This document shows positions 55,017-64,000 of a stretch of DNA of 64,000 bases, in pieces. The position numbers and the translations under genes are program-made. Under the pieces are notes generated by a model that made no database searches, had not been told where the DNA came from, and was given only the letters and a program-made list of their open reading frames with translations. The stretch comes from Cyanobium sp. (lineage in GTDB: Bacteria > Cyanobacteriota > Cyanobacteriia > PCC-6307 > Cyanobiaceae). How positions within the stretch are numbered: the stretch's first letter is position 1; the number at the start of each line of letters is the position of its first letter. The stretch lies in assembly GCA_046080725.1 (NCBI GenBank), contig JBJTUM010000195.1, positions 6,091-70,090 of the forward strand, read 5' to 3'.

Positions 55017-56626
55017 AGGGAATCTGGCAACTCCAGCCGCTGCATCACAGGTGAAGCCTCCGGGAGCAGGCTCAAGGGAGATAACCCTCCCCAGTGGCAA
55101 GCCCGGCGCCAGGCTTCTGAGGCGATCGCAGCAGATGCCTCCGCGGCCTCCCGACGGGTTTGGGCCGGCCAGAACGCCTCGCACGGGATGCTGCGGCAGG
55201 CCAGTTGCTGCAACATCCGGGAGGAAAGGTCGGGGAGGATTGGGGTGAGGAGCACACCAATCAAGCGGCAGCTCTCCAAAACGGCGTAAAGGTCGACCCC
55301 AACCGCCTCTTCCTGGTCGGGCTGTTTCATGCGCTTCCAGGGAGCCTGATCATTGAGATAGCCATTGGCCGTTTCTGCTAACCCGAGCACTGCCTCTGCG
55401 GCAGAACGGAAATCCAGTTGCTCCATGGCGTTCTCGAAGCGGAGTGCCGCCTGGCCACTGGCCACGGCCAGGGGATGGTCTTTCGATGCCCCAATGCCAG
55501 AGGGGGGAACGCCCCCCGCGAACCATTTGCGCGACATGGACACGCTGCGATTAAGAAGATTGCCGATGGTGTTAGCCAGATCGTTGTTCACAAGATCGCT
55601 GAACCGTTTCTGCTGAAAGTCACCGTCGTCGCCAAAGGGGATGTCCCGCAGGAGATACCAGCGCACCGCATCCCTGCCGCATTGCTCCAGCAGCACTTCA
55701 GGATCGAGCACATTGCCCAGGGATTTGCCCATTTTTTGACCCTCCCGCGTGAGAAAACCATGGCCAAACACCCGCTCCGGCAGCGGCAGATCCGCCGACA
55801 TCAACATCGCTGGCCAGAAGACAGCATGGAAGCGCAGGATGTCCTTACCGATGACATGCAGCTGGGCCGGCCAACCCCTGGCGCCGAGTTGCTCAAGGCT
55901 CACCGGAGCTGTGGGATCCAGGAGGGCGGAGAGATAGCCAAGCAGGGCGTCAAACCACACGTAAAAAGTATGCCCAGGGTGGCCAGGCACGGGGATCCCC
56001 CAAGGCAGGTTGATCCGGGAAATGGAGAAATCCCGCAACCCACGCGCAACGAAATTTTCCACTTCCCGCCTCCGCGCGGCCGGGGCGATGAATCCCTCCC
56101 GCCGCACAAGCTCCTCAATCCGGTCCTGATACCGGGAAAGACGGAAGAACAAATTGGGCTCATCCCGCCACTCCAGCGTGCGCTGATGGATGGGGCAAGC
56201 CGGTTCGACGGCCTCGGGGGCTTCATCCTTGAATTCCTCACAGGCCACGCAGTACCAACCCTGCTGACGCCCCTCAAGCACATCCCCTTTGGCTTCCACG
56301 CGGGCAAAGAATTGCTCCACCAGCTGACGATGGGCCCCGGCGGTGGTGCGGATGAAGCGATCCTGACTGATGCTCCAGGCCTGCCACAGATCGCTGAAAC
56401 TGTTGCTGTTTTGATCGCAGAAGGCCTGGGGAGCGAGGCCAGCAGCCGCAGCCGTGCGCTGAATCTTCAAGCCATGCTCATCGGTACCCGTCACGAAGGT
56501 GACGGCCTTTCCCTGCAACCTTTGATAGCGGGCGATGGCATCGCAAGCCAGGGTGGTGTAAGTGCTCCCAAGATGGGGCTTGTCGTTGACGTAGTAAAGC
56601 GGAGTGGTGAGGGTGAAGGTCATCAC
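55013..56626 (-). CDS. metG: Methionine--tRNA ligase
   Basis: YVNDKPHLGS (HIGH), TGTDEHG, YVWFDAL, KMGKS. Confidence 0.97.
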   Translation of the reverse strand: MMTFTLTTPLYYVNDKPHLGSTYTTLACDAIARYQRLQGKAVTFVTGTDEHGLKIQRTAAAAGLAPQAFCDQNSNSFSDLWQAWSISQDRFIRTTAGAHRQLVEQFFARVEAKGDVLEGRQQGWYCVACEEFKDEAPEAVEPACPIHQRTLEWRDEPNLFFRLSRYQDRIEELVRREGFIAPAARRREVENFVARGLRDFSISRINLPWGIPVPGHPGHTFYVWFDALLGYLSALLDPTAPVSLEQLGARGWPAQLHVIGKDILRFHAVFWPAMLMSADLPLPERVFGHGFLTREGQKMGKSLGNVLDPEVLLEQCGRDAVRWYLLRDIPFGDDGDFQQKRFSDLVNNDLANTIGNLLNRSVSMSRKWFAGGVPPSGIGASKDHPLAVASGQAALRFENAMEQLDFRSAAEAVLGLAETANGYLNDQAPWKRMKQPDQEEAVGVDLYAVLESCRLIGVLLTPILPDLSSRMLQQLACRSIPCEAFWPAQTRREAAEASAAIASEAWRRACHWGGLSPLSLLPEASPVMQRLELPDSL

Positions 56627-56762
56627 GGGCAGCTGGCTTCCTCGGCGCGGCTGGTGTCGCCAGATCGGCTCGCCTGTGCGGCCCTGCCTGAAATTGGATC
56701 TTACCTACGGCCCCTAACACTCTCCCCTATCGGCGATGCTGTGGGAGAAGCGGCCCTGAGCC

Positions 56763-58613
56763 GTGCCCTGCGCGATGGACGCCATGAATCACAGAACTGT
56801 GGAGGTGGTGGTGTGGGGTGGAGGCACCGGTGGGGTGGCTGCTGCCCTGCAGGCGGCCCGCAGCGGTGCCCAGACCTTGCTTCTGACCCCTGGCCCCTGG
56901 CTTGGGGGAATGGTGAGCGCTGCTGGTGTGTGTTGCCCGGATGGCAATGAACTCTCTCCCTGGCAGACGGGCCTGTGGGGGGGGCTTCTGCGGGCCCTTG
57001 CAGCAGAAACCCCCGGAGGGCTGGATCACAACTGGGTCAGCTGTTTTGGCTATTGGCCATCCACGGCCGAAGGAATTCTTCGCCGTTGGTGTCAGGAGGC
57101 CCCGCTCCTGGAGTGGTGGCCCCTGGCCCGATTGGAGACCGTAGAGCGCCGGGGCGATCGGATCACGGGCTTTGAAGTGCAATGGCAAAGTAAACCTTGG
57201 CACATCAAGCCCACCGTGGTGGTGGACGGCAGCGATCGGGGAGATCTCTATCCCCTGGCGGATGTGCCTCATCGCCTGGGTTGGGAGGCCAGGGAAGCCT
57301 GGGGGGAACCCAGTGCCCCCCTTCAAAGCGATCTGCAGAGCCAGGCGTTCTTTCAGAACCAGCCGGTGCAATCTCCCACCTGGGTGGTGATGGCCCAACT
57401 CCGGGAGGAGGAGAACCCGCTCCAGCCCTCAGGGAATGGCCCGTCTGGTTTCCAGCCAGAGGCGCCCTTCACGAAGGCCACCGCTCACTTCGGCCTGCAG
57501 CGCACCCTGACCTACGGCCGCCTTCCAGGGGGTGTGGTGATGCTCAATTGGCCCCTCTCAGGCAACGACTGGCATGGGGGCCTAGACCGGGCCTTTGACA
57601 CCGCCACCCCTGCTGGGGAGGTGCGTGCCGACCTCGCTGCAGACATGAAGGGCCACAGCCGGGCCTTTGCTAATGCGCTGATGGCTATCAGCCAGGAACG
57701 GCTGGCATCCGCGTCCGTGTTTCCAGGCCCGATGGAGGCTGCCGGTGGTGCCCTGACAGGACCCCATGATTTCGCTTTGATGCCCTACTGGCGTGAGGGT
57801 AGGCGCCTGCTGGCGCTGGAGACAGTGATCGAGCAGCACCTCCTTCCCCAGGGGGCAGGCCCATCGATCGCTCCTCTGCCCATCGACGCAGCTGGCCAGT
57901 CGGCAGCCATCGCCGTGGGCAACTATGCCAACGACCACCACTATCCCGGAGAAGACTGGCCCCTGGCCCCCAAAAGCTGCCGCTGGGGGGGGCGCTGGAC
58001 CGGCACCCCCTTTTCCATCCCCTACGGCGCCCTGGTGAGCCGGGGGGTAGAGAATTTACTGGCAGCCGATAAGGCCATCGGGGTGAGCCACATGGCCAAT
58101 GGCGCCACCCGGCTCCAACCCCTCGTGCTCAATGTGGGTCAGGCTGCGGGGCTAGCGGCAGCCCTTTGTGTGCGCCGTGGCCTGCTGCCCGCCGATCTGC
58201 CTGTGCGCGATCTGCAGCGAGCCCTGATTGAAGATTCTCAGGCCCCCGCAGGACCCTTTCCTCTCTGGGACACCTCTTGGCACCATCCACAGTGGACCCT
58301 CCGCCAAAAAGCCCTGATGGAGGATCCGGGTCGCCTCGGGCCCTTAGGGCAATGGGGTCCCATACAAGGCGATCCCCATCAAGCTCCCGATGAGCCGGAG
58401 GAACGGCTGTGGAAAGGTGAGCTTAGGGCCGATGGCAGTGGCGGATATTGCCTCCATGGTCCCAAGGGCCCGGCGGGGCAGCCCTGGCCACTTATCACGC
58501 TGGAGCCAGCCTTGAATGCCTGGCTTCAAGGGAAGGACACCCCATGCCCTGTGGACCTGATTGGTTGCGCCAATCCCTGGGGACCCTGGCTGAGGGTGTC
58601 CAAGCTGGCCTGA
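56763..58613 (+). CDS. FAD-dependent oxidoreductase
   Basis: VWGGGTGGVAAA, YWREGRR, IPYGAL, SHMANGATRLQP. Confidence 0.85.
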   Translation: MPCAMDAMNHRTVEVVVWGGGTGGVAAALQAARSGAQTLLLTPGPWLGGMVSAAGVCCPDGNELSPWQTGLWGGLLRALAAETPGGLDHNWVSCFGYWPSTAEGILRRWCQEAPLLEWWPLARLETVERRGDRITGFEVQWQSKPWHIKPTVVVDGSDRGDLYPLADVPHRLGWEAREAWGEPSAPLQSDLQSQAFFQNQPVQSPTWVVMAQLREEENPLQPSGNGPSGFQPEAPFTKATAHFGLQRTLTYGRLPGGVVMLNWPLSGNDWHGGLDRAFDTATPAGEVRADLAADMKGHSRAFANALMAISQERLASASVFPGPMEAAGGALTGPHDFALMPYWREGRRLLALETVIEQHLLPQGAGPSIAPLPIDAAGQSAAIAVGNYANDHHYPGEDWPLAPKSCRWGGRWTGTPFSIPYGALVSRGVENLLAADKAIGVSHMANGATRLQPLVLNVGQAAGLAAALCVRRGLLPADLPVRDLQRALIEDSQAPAGPFPLWDTSWHHPQWTLRQKALMEDPGRLGPLGQWGPIQGDPHQAPDEPEERLWKGELRADGSGGYCLHGPKGPAGQPWPLITLEPALNAWLQGKDTPCPVDLIGCANPWGPWLRVSKLA

Positions 58614-58619
58614 GTGCCC

Positions 58620-60695
58620 TCAAAGACTGCGGGCATCGAGTTGAAGCAGGTCTCTCAGGGAGTCCACCTCCCTCACCCGCACCAGGACGGCGTCGCCGGG
58701 TTGGGGCCACCCCTGGCACTCGGCCGCCAGATCCATCGCCAAGCTATCCAGATGGATGAGGGCCAGGTGATGGTCCTCCCGCAACCAACGGAGAAACAGG
58801 CCCCGCCACTGCTGGCCCCGATGCTGGGAAAACCAGACCTGTTGCCAGTGCCGTTGGTCTTCCCGGGAAATGGTGAGTCCCTCCCGCACGCCTCCTTCCA
58901 TGGCCGTGAGCGCATCGCTGAGAGTGGCGGCGTCCATAGGCGGCGTGCCCTCCTGTTGGGCTTGCAGCTGCCGTTGCACCAGCAGATCGCCATAGCGGCG
59001 GATGGGCGAAGTGGCTTGCACGTAGGCCTCCAATCCAAGGCTGAAGTGGGGCAGGGCACGGGTGCCGACGACACCGCGGGTGAGGCACTTCTTGATGGCC
59101 GCCAGTCGCACCGGGCCTGCTGGATAGGCCTCCAGCTCTTGGAGCGTTGGCACAGGAGCCACAGGCTGGCTCCGATAGGGCAAGGCCAGCTGGCGCCGGT
59201 GTCCATAGTCGGCGATGGCCGCTCCAGCGAGGATCATGGCCTCGGCCACCATCTGTCTGGAAGCTGTTGGTTCAATGATGTCCAGCACGGCCTCTTCGCC
59301 GCTGACTTCGTTTGCAGCGGCCCGAATCCGTCCTTCGGCCTGGTCGAGAAACAGGGCACCACGCTTGGCACGCCATAATCGGCGAAGGTGCATCCACTCC
59401 TGCAGCATCAACAGGTCTCGCTCCTGGGGTGGGGCAAGCTCCAACAGCTCATCCGCATCGGCATAGGAGAGCCGATAAGCCGGGCGAACCCAGCTGCGGT
59501 TGAGCGTCAGATCAGAGATCCCCCCATCAGTGTCCAGCCGGATGCCAAGGCTCCAGGCGGCGCAGCGCTGGCCAGCCCGCAAGCTGAAGGGACCCGTCGC
59601 GAGCACCTGAGGGAACATGGGCAAGGTTCCCTGGGCCAGATAAAGGCTGGTGCCCCGGCGGCGGGCCTCCAGATCCAGAGGGGTGCCAGGAGCGATCAGC
59701 CTGCCTGGATCGGCCACATGGATCCAGATCCTGGATCCCCCATCAACGAACCATTCTAGGGAGAGCCCATCATCAATCTCTGCTGTGTCTTGGTCATCGA
59801 TGGTGATCGTGTGCAGTCCGCAGAGATCCTGTCGATCGGCATCGCCGTTGCAGGGACCCTCCGCCACGCTCAGCAGGTTCTCCGCATCCCGTTGCAGGCT
59901 GTCGGAAAAGCCCTGCTGCCAACTGGTTCCCTGCAAGGAGGGCAAGTGATGCCGAGGCCATAGGCCCACATCGGCCAGGAGATGGCGCACGTCGGTCGCT
60001 TCGCTGGAGCAGCGCACCTGTTGAAGCAGCTGAAGGATGTCCTGTGGGAGAGGTGCCTCCCCTTGGCCTGCGGCCAACCGCCGCAAGGCCGCCAATTCTT
60101 GGCCCTGCCTGCCGTTCATTTGCTCAGCAGCGATCGGCTGCCTTTGCTTGAGGGCCTTGACCCAGAGCGTTTGTTGCTGTTCCGCGAGCTGCTGGCGATG
60201 GCGCTGCTTGGCGAGCCGTTTGATTTCTGCTGCTTTCCGCGGTTGGATTAAGCCCTGTTTGCATCGAAACAACAATTGGGGTCCGTGGAGCCAGAGCCAG
60301 CAGGCACAGCAAGGAAGCGGATCGGTGTGGCCACTCACCAGCTCGGTGAACGCCAGCAAGGTCAACGGTTTGGGATCACCATCGGTCGTTGCCTCACCGA
60401 GCAGAACCTGCCAAGCCACCCCGAAATCCCGACGGGTAGGGGTTGCTGTCGAGATGAACTCCCAGGTTAGTGAGATGCATCCTGGATTCCCCTCACAGGG
60501 GACCAGCAACTCCAGTTGGCGCAGGGGAAGGTTGATCCGCTTCCCTTGGGGCAAAAGGTTCAGCTCGGCCTTTCCCCCCTGGAGGGCTAGAACAAAAGCG
60601 ATCTGAGGGCTTGCATCAGCGGATCGGCCCGGAATTCCCACCAGATCACCCACCCTAATAGGGCCGGAACATGGGGTGACGCCAGGCCCTGACAA
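58620..60695 (-). CDS. rnb: RNB domain exoribonuclease (RNase II family)
   Basis: ITIDDQDTAEIDDGLS, HVADP, TSPIRRYGDL. Confidence 0.9.
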   Translation of the reverse strand: MSGPGVTPCSGPIRVGDLVGIPGRSADASPQIAFVLALQGGKAELNLLPQGKRINLPLRQLELLVPCEGNPGCISLTWEFISTATPTRRDFGVAWQVLLGEATTDGDPKPLTLLAFTELVSGHTDPLPCCACWLWLHGPQLLFRCKQGLIQPRKAAEIKRLAKQRHRQQLAEQQQTLWVKALKQRQPIAAEQMNGRQGQELAALRRLAAGQGEAPLPQDILQLLQQVRCSSEATDVRHLLADVGLWPRHHLPSLQGTSWQQGFSDSLQRDAENLLSVAEGPCNGDADRQDLCGLHTITIDDQDTAEIDDGLSLEWFVDGGSRIWIHVADPGRLIAPGTPLDLEARRRGTSLYLAQGTLPMFPQVLATGPFSLRAGQRCAAWSLGIRLDTDGGISDLTLNRSWVRPAYRLSYADADELLELAPPQERDLLMLQEWMHLRRLWRAKRGALFLDQAEGRIRAAANEVSGEEAVLDIIEPTASRQMVAEAMILAGAAIADYGHRRQLALPYRSQPVAPVPTLQELEAYPAGPVRLAAIKKCLTRGVVGTRALPHFSLGLEAYVQATSPIRRYGDLLVQRQLQAQQEGTPPMDAATLSDALTAMEGGVREGLTISREDQRHWQQVWFSQHRGQQWRGLFLRWLREDHHLALIHLDSLAMDLAAECQGWPQPGDAVLVRVREVDSLRDLLQLDARSL

Positions 60696-60699
60696 GCCC

Positions 60700-60921
60700 T
60701 CAGCCTTCTGGATTCACGAACGGCAGCAGGGCCAGAATCCGCGCCCGCTTCACGGCGTTCGTCAGATCACGCTGTTGCTGGGCTGTCAACCCCGTCAAGC
60801 GCCGGGGGAGGATCTTGCCCCGCTCCGTGATGAATTTCTTGAGTAAATCGATGTCTTTGTAGTCAATCGGATCACCGGGCTTGATCGGTGATAAGCGCTT
60901 TTTGAAAAAGGAGCTGCTCAT
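60700..60921 (-). CDS. rpsR: 30S ribosomal protein S18
   Basis: [21 protein letters not shown]. Confidence 0.97.
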   Translation of the reverse strand: MSSSFFKKRLSPIKPGDPIDYKDIDLLKKFITERGKILPRRLTGLTAQQQRDLTNAVKRARILALLPFVNPEG

Positions 60922-60994
60922 GGTCGAACGGTGGGGAAAGGCAGTGATGAAGCTGAGATGTCTGGACGTCCTGGAATGGCTCGAACGCGGGAGA

Positions 60995-61189
60995 TCACTT
61001 GATCTCCTTGTGCACGGTGGAGCTGTTGCAATGAGGGCAGAATTTCTTCAGTTCCAGCCGTTCGCTGGTGTTGCGGCGGTTCTTCTGGGTGGTGTAACGG
61101 GACACGCCAGGAGACCGCTTGGCGGGATTGGACCGGCATTCGGTGCACTCGAGAGTGATCACGATCCGGACGCCCTTGTTTTTTGCCAT
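60995..61189 (-). CDS. rpmG: 50S ribosomal protein L33
   Basis: [29 protein letters not shown]. Confidence 0.97.
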   Translation of the reverse strand: MAKNKGVRIVITLECTECRSNPAKRSPGVSRYTTQKNRRNTSERLELKKFCPHCNSSTVHKEIK

Positions 61190-61296
61190 GGAAAGGACGT
61201 GCGCCGCTGAGCGAGCAAGTGACAGCCTCTCACCCTACTCCTTGAAAGAAGCATCGGTCCTGTTCCTAGGATGGGAGGCCTTCGCTTAACGCAACG

Positions 61297-63783
61297 ATGC
61301 GGGTCTCGCTCCAATGGTTGAAGGAGCTCCTGATCTGCAACCCTGAGGCCCTTGTGGCCCTGCCATTAACGGAGAGATTGTCGCTGGCAGGTTTTGAGGT
61401 GGAGGCCATTGAGGACCTGGCCGCCAAAGCCGCAGGTGTGGTGGTGGGTTATGTGGAGACCCGTGAGGCCCACCCCGGTTCAGATCGCCTGAGCGTATGC
61501 CAGGTGCGCGTGTATCCCGCCGGGGTTCCCTTGCAGATCGTGTGCGGCGCTCCCAACGTGCGTGCTGGGATCCATGTGCCCGTGGCCCTGGTGGGAACCG
61601 ACCTTCCTGCGGTCAACCTCACGATCAAGACGGCCCAGATCAGAGGGGTGGAGAGCAGCGGCATGATTTGCTCCCTGCAGGAGCTTGGCCTCGCGGACAC
61701 GTCTGCGGGCATTGTGATTCTGGAGGATCTGCTCCAGGCGATACCACCGGTTGGCTCGCCTGTCGGTCCCCTATTGGGCCTGGATGACCAGGTGCTGGAG
61801 TTGGCAATCACAGCAAACCGACCCGATGGGCTCTCCATGGAGGGGATTGCCAGGGAGGTGGCTGCCCTCTGCGGTGGCGCTCCATCCTTCCCGCCGGTGC
61901 CCTCGTTGCCCCCTGCCCAACCTCTCACGGTGTCTACCCCCGACCGTTCCTTGATGGAAGAGGGGGGAATCTTCAGCATGACCGCCCTGGAGGGCGTGCA
62001 GGTCGCGCCCTCCCCGCTATGGCTCCAGCGCCGGCTTGAACGGGCCGGTGTGCGTCCCATCAACAGCGTGGTGGACATCACCAATCTCGTGATGCTGGAA
62101 ACCGGCCAGCCCCTCCATGCCTTTGATCGGGAGGCGCTCGCCGCGTGCAGTGGGGGAAAAGCTGATCCTGGATCGCTTGGGCTTCGCCAGGCTCGACCTG
62201 GCGAACCTTTCTGTTCCCTCGATGGGGAGGAGCGCTCCTTGGACGGGGAAGCCTTGGTGGTGACCTACGCCGACAGACCCATCGCCCTGGCAGGGGTGAT
62301 GGGGGGTGCGGATACGGCGGTGAAGAGCCACACCAAGGCCATCTGGCTGGAAGCTGCCGTGTTTCCCTCCCAACGGGTACGGCGCTCGGCCCGCAGTGCG
62401 GGCTTGCGCACGGAGGCCAGCGTTCGCTTTGAGAAGGGACTGCCTTTGGAGAGCACCCTCCACGCCTCGGATCGGGCAGTGGCGCTGTTTCAAGAGCTTG
62501 CAGGTGCCAGAGCGGTTGGGCGGTGGGTGCTGCAGCGCCAGGTTCCCCCCAGACCACCGGTGCTGTTGGACCGCGACCGCCTCCACAACCTTCTCGGACC
62601 GGTGATCGAAGACAACGAACCCGTCGATTTGGACGATGCCACGGTGGAACGCACCCTGGAGGCACTGGGCTGTCGTCTGCAGCGGCAGGAAGAGGGTTGG
62701 CTCGTGGATGTTCCTCCCTCCCGGGCTCTCGATCTCACCCGGGAGGTCGACCTCATTGAGGAGGTTGCCCGGCTCGTGGGTTACGACCGATTTGCGTCCC
62801 ACCTGCCCGATCCCCTCCTCCCAGGTGGGCTGGATCCGGCCCAGCAGGTGGAACGACGACTGCGCAGGGCCCTCTGCGCTTCCGGGCTGCAAGAAACCTG
62901 TGCACCCTCCCTGGTGGGGATGGCGCCAGGACGGATCCCCCTAGCCAATCCCCTCCTGAGTGATTTTGGCCATCTCCGCGACAACCTCCATGAGGAGCTG
63001 CTGCAGGCAGCCCGTCGTAATTTGCAGGCCTCCCAGCAGGGTTTCTGGGCGTATGAAATCGGGCGGGTTTTCCGGCAGCCTGCGGGGGACGAACCCTCCT
63101 GCGAGGAGGTGGAACTTGTGGTCGGGGTGATGTGCGGGGAACGGCGCAATGAGCGCTGGAGCACCAGTGGCAAACCCAGACCCCTCACCTATTGGGAGGC
63201 ACGCGGTGTGCTGGAGCAGGCCCTCAGCGGCTTTGCCCTCCCCCTGGAGGATCGGCCACCCCAGACCAAGGCGCCCGATGGGGGGACCGACAACGAGGCC
63301 GACCACCTCCATCCTGGACGACGGGCCGATCTGGTTCTGGAGGGGAGATCCGTTGGCTGGTTTGGCCAGCTGCACCCTGCCTGGGCAGCCTCCCATGACT
63401 TACCCGATTGCACCCATCTCTTCCAAATAGCCATGGCACCTCTTCGGCAGGCGGCCACCCGCCCTGGCCGATGGACGCCTCAATTTCAGCCCTTCCCCAC
63501 TGTTCCCGCTGCAGAGCGAGATCTCGCCCTGGTGGTGCCCATAGACACATCGGCCGCCGCTCTGATGACCGCGATTCGCAAGGCCGGTCGGCCCCTGCTG
63601 GAGCGAGTTGAGCTGGTGGATCGTTATGAGGGACAGCCAATTGCCGAAGGTCTGTGCAGCCAGGCCTTCCGGCTGCGCTATCGGGATGCCCAGCGCACCC
63701 TCACCGATGGTGAGGTGGAGGCCACCCATCAGAAGGTACGGGATGCCCTTCAGCGCCAATTTGCAGCCCAACTGCGGAGCTAG
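61297..63783 (+). CDS. pheT: Phenylalanine--tRNA ligase beta subunit
   Basis: IVCGAPN, ITANRPD, GQPLHAFD, EVDLIEEVAR, FDX-ACB C-terminus. Confidence 0.97.
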   Translation: MRVSLQWLKELLICNPEALVALPLTERLSLAGFEVEAIEDLAAKAAGVVVGYVETREAHPGSDRLSVCQVRVYPAGVPLQIVCGAPNVRAGIHVPVALVGTDLPAVNLTIKTAQIRGVESSGMICSLQELGLADTSAGIVILEDLLQAIPPVGSPVGPLLGLDDQVLELAITANRPDGLSMEGIAREVAALCGGAPSFPPVPSLPPAQPLTVSTPDRSLMEEGGIFSMTALEGVQVAPSPLWLQRRLERAGVRPINSVVDITNLVMLETGQPLHAFDREALAACSGGKADPGSLGLRQARPGEPFCSLDGEERSLDGEALVVTYADRPIALAGVMGGADTAVKSHTKAIWLEAAVFPSQRVRRSARSAGLRTEASVRFEKGLPLESTLHASDRAVALFQELAGARAVGRWVLQRQVPPRPPVLLDRDRLHNLLGPVIEDNEPVDLDDATVERTLEALGCRLQRQEEGWLVDVPPSRALDLTREVDLIEEVARLVGYDRFASHLPDPLLPGGLDPAQQVERRLRRALCASGLQETCAPSLVGMAPGRIPLANPLLSDFGHLRDNLHEELLQAARRNLQASQQGFWAYEIGRVFRQPAGDEPSCEEVELVVGVMCGERRNERWSTSGKPRPLTYWEARGVLEQALSGFALPLEDRPPQTKAPDGGTDNEADHLHPGRRADLVLEGRSVGWFGQLHPAWAASHDLPDCTHLFQIAMAPLRQAATRPGRWTPQFQPFPTVPAAERDLALVVPIDTSAAALMTAIRKAGRPLLERVELVDRYEGQPIAEGLCSQAFRLRYRDAQRTLTDGEVEATHQKVRDALQRQFAAQLRS

Positions 63784-63794
63784 CCCTGACAGGG

Positions 63795-64000
63795 TCAGTT
63801 CATCCTTGACCGACGCACAACAGCTAAACATTCCACGTGGCTTGTGTTGGGGAAGAAGTCGAATGGTTGAACGCTTTCCAACAAATAGCCCCCAGTTCCG
63901 CCAAGGGCTTTGAGATCCCTGGCCAGGGTGGCTGGATCACAGCTGAGATAGAGGATCAGGGGGGGGCGATGGGCAAGCAGGGAATCCAAAACAGCTTCCT
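63795..64000 (-). CDS. rlmD: 23S rRNA (uracil-5)-methyltransferase RlmD, 3' end only (cut by window)
   Basis: [24 protein letters not shown]. Confidence 0.85.
   Translation of the reverse strand, partial: EAVLDSLLAHRPPLILYLSCDPATLARDLKALGGTGGYLLESVQPFDFFPNTSHVECLAVVRRSRMN

Noticed and set aside
55418-56950. 510-aa plus-strand ORF
   Set aside because: Antisense shadow of metG in GC-rich DNA; no recognisable motifs
58614-59378. 254-aa plus-strand ORF directly after the FAD oxidoreductase stop, a possible readthrough
   Set aside because: Lies wholly antisense to rnb and has no protein-like motifs

Overview
This window comes from the chromosome of a picocyanobacterium (Cyanobium/Synechococcus-like). 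The assignment rests on chlP, ccsA, psb32, pxcA, ccb4, the glpX-hemA-glgC-gnd-pgl synteny and ptrA. About 25-64 kb is core housekeeping sequence: chlP, typA, lptA/B/FG, ccsA, rpe, glpX, hemA, glgC, gnd, pgl, ilvD, upp, a cobalamin riboswitch with hupE-cobW, purSQ, 2-Cys Prx, tRNA-Met, trmL, cobU, pxcA, psb32, ccb4, lptC, metG, rnb, rpsR, rpmG, pheT and rlmD. About 8-25 kb is an accessory nutrient-acquisition region: arsS, a PII-amt-PII sandwich, cysK, a coupled and divergent ExbB-ExbD-ExbD-TonB/TolA-like operon, pstS-ptrA-phoB-phoR and corA. The two best candidates for an undescribed system are (i) the four-gene motor operon, where one ExbD lacks the transmembrane Asp and the transducer has a non-TonB C-terminal domain, and (ii) the duplicated GlnK-like PII proteins with altered T-loops flanking amt. 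I saw no mobile elements, CRISPR arrays or rRNA. All assignments come from motif recognition by eye and no searches were run. Several start codons were moved from the ORF track and are estimates.
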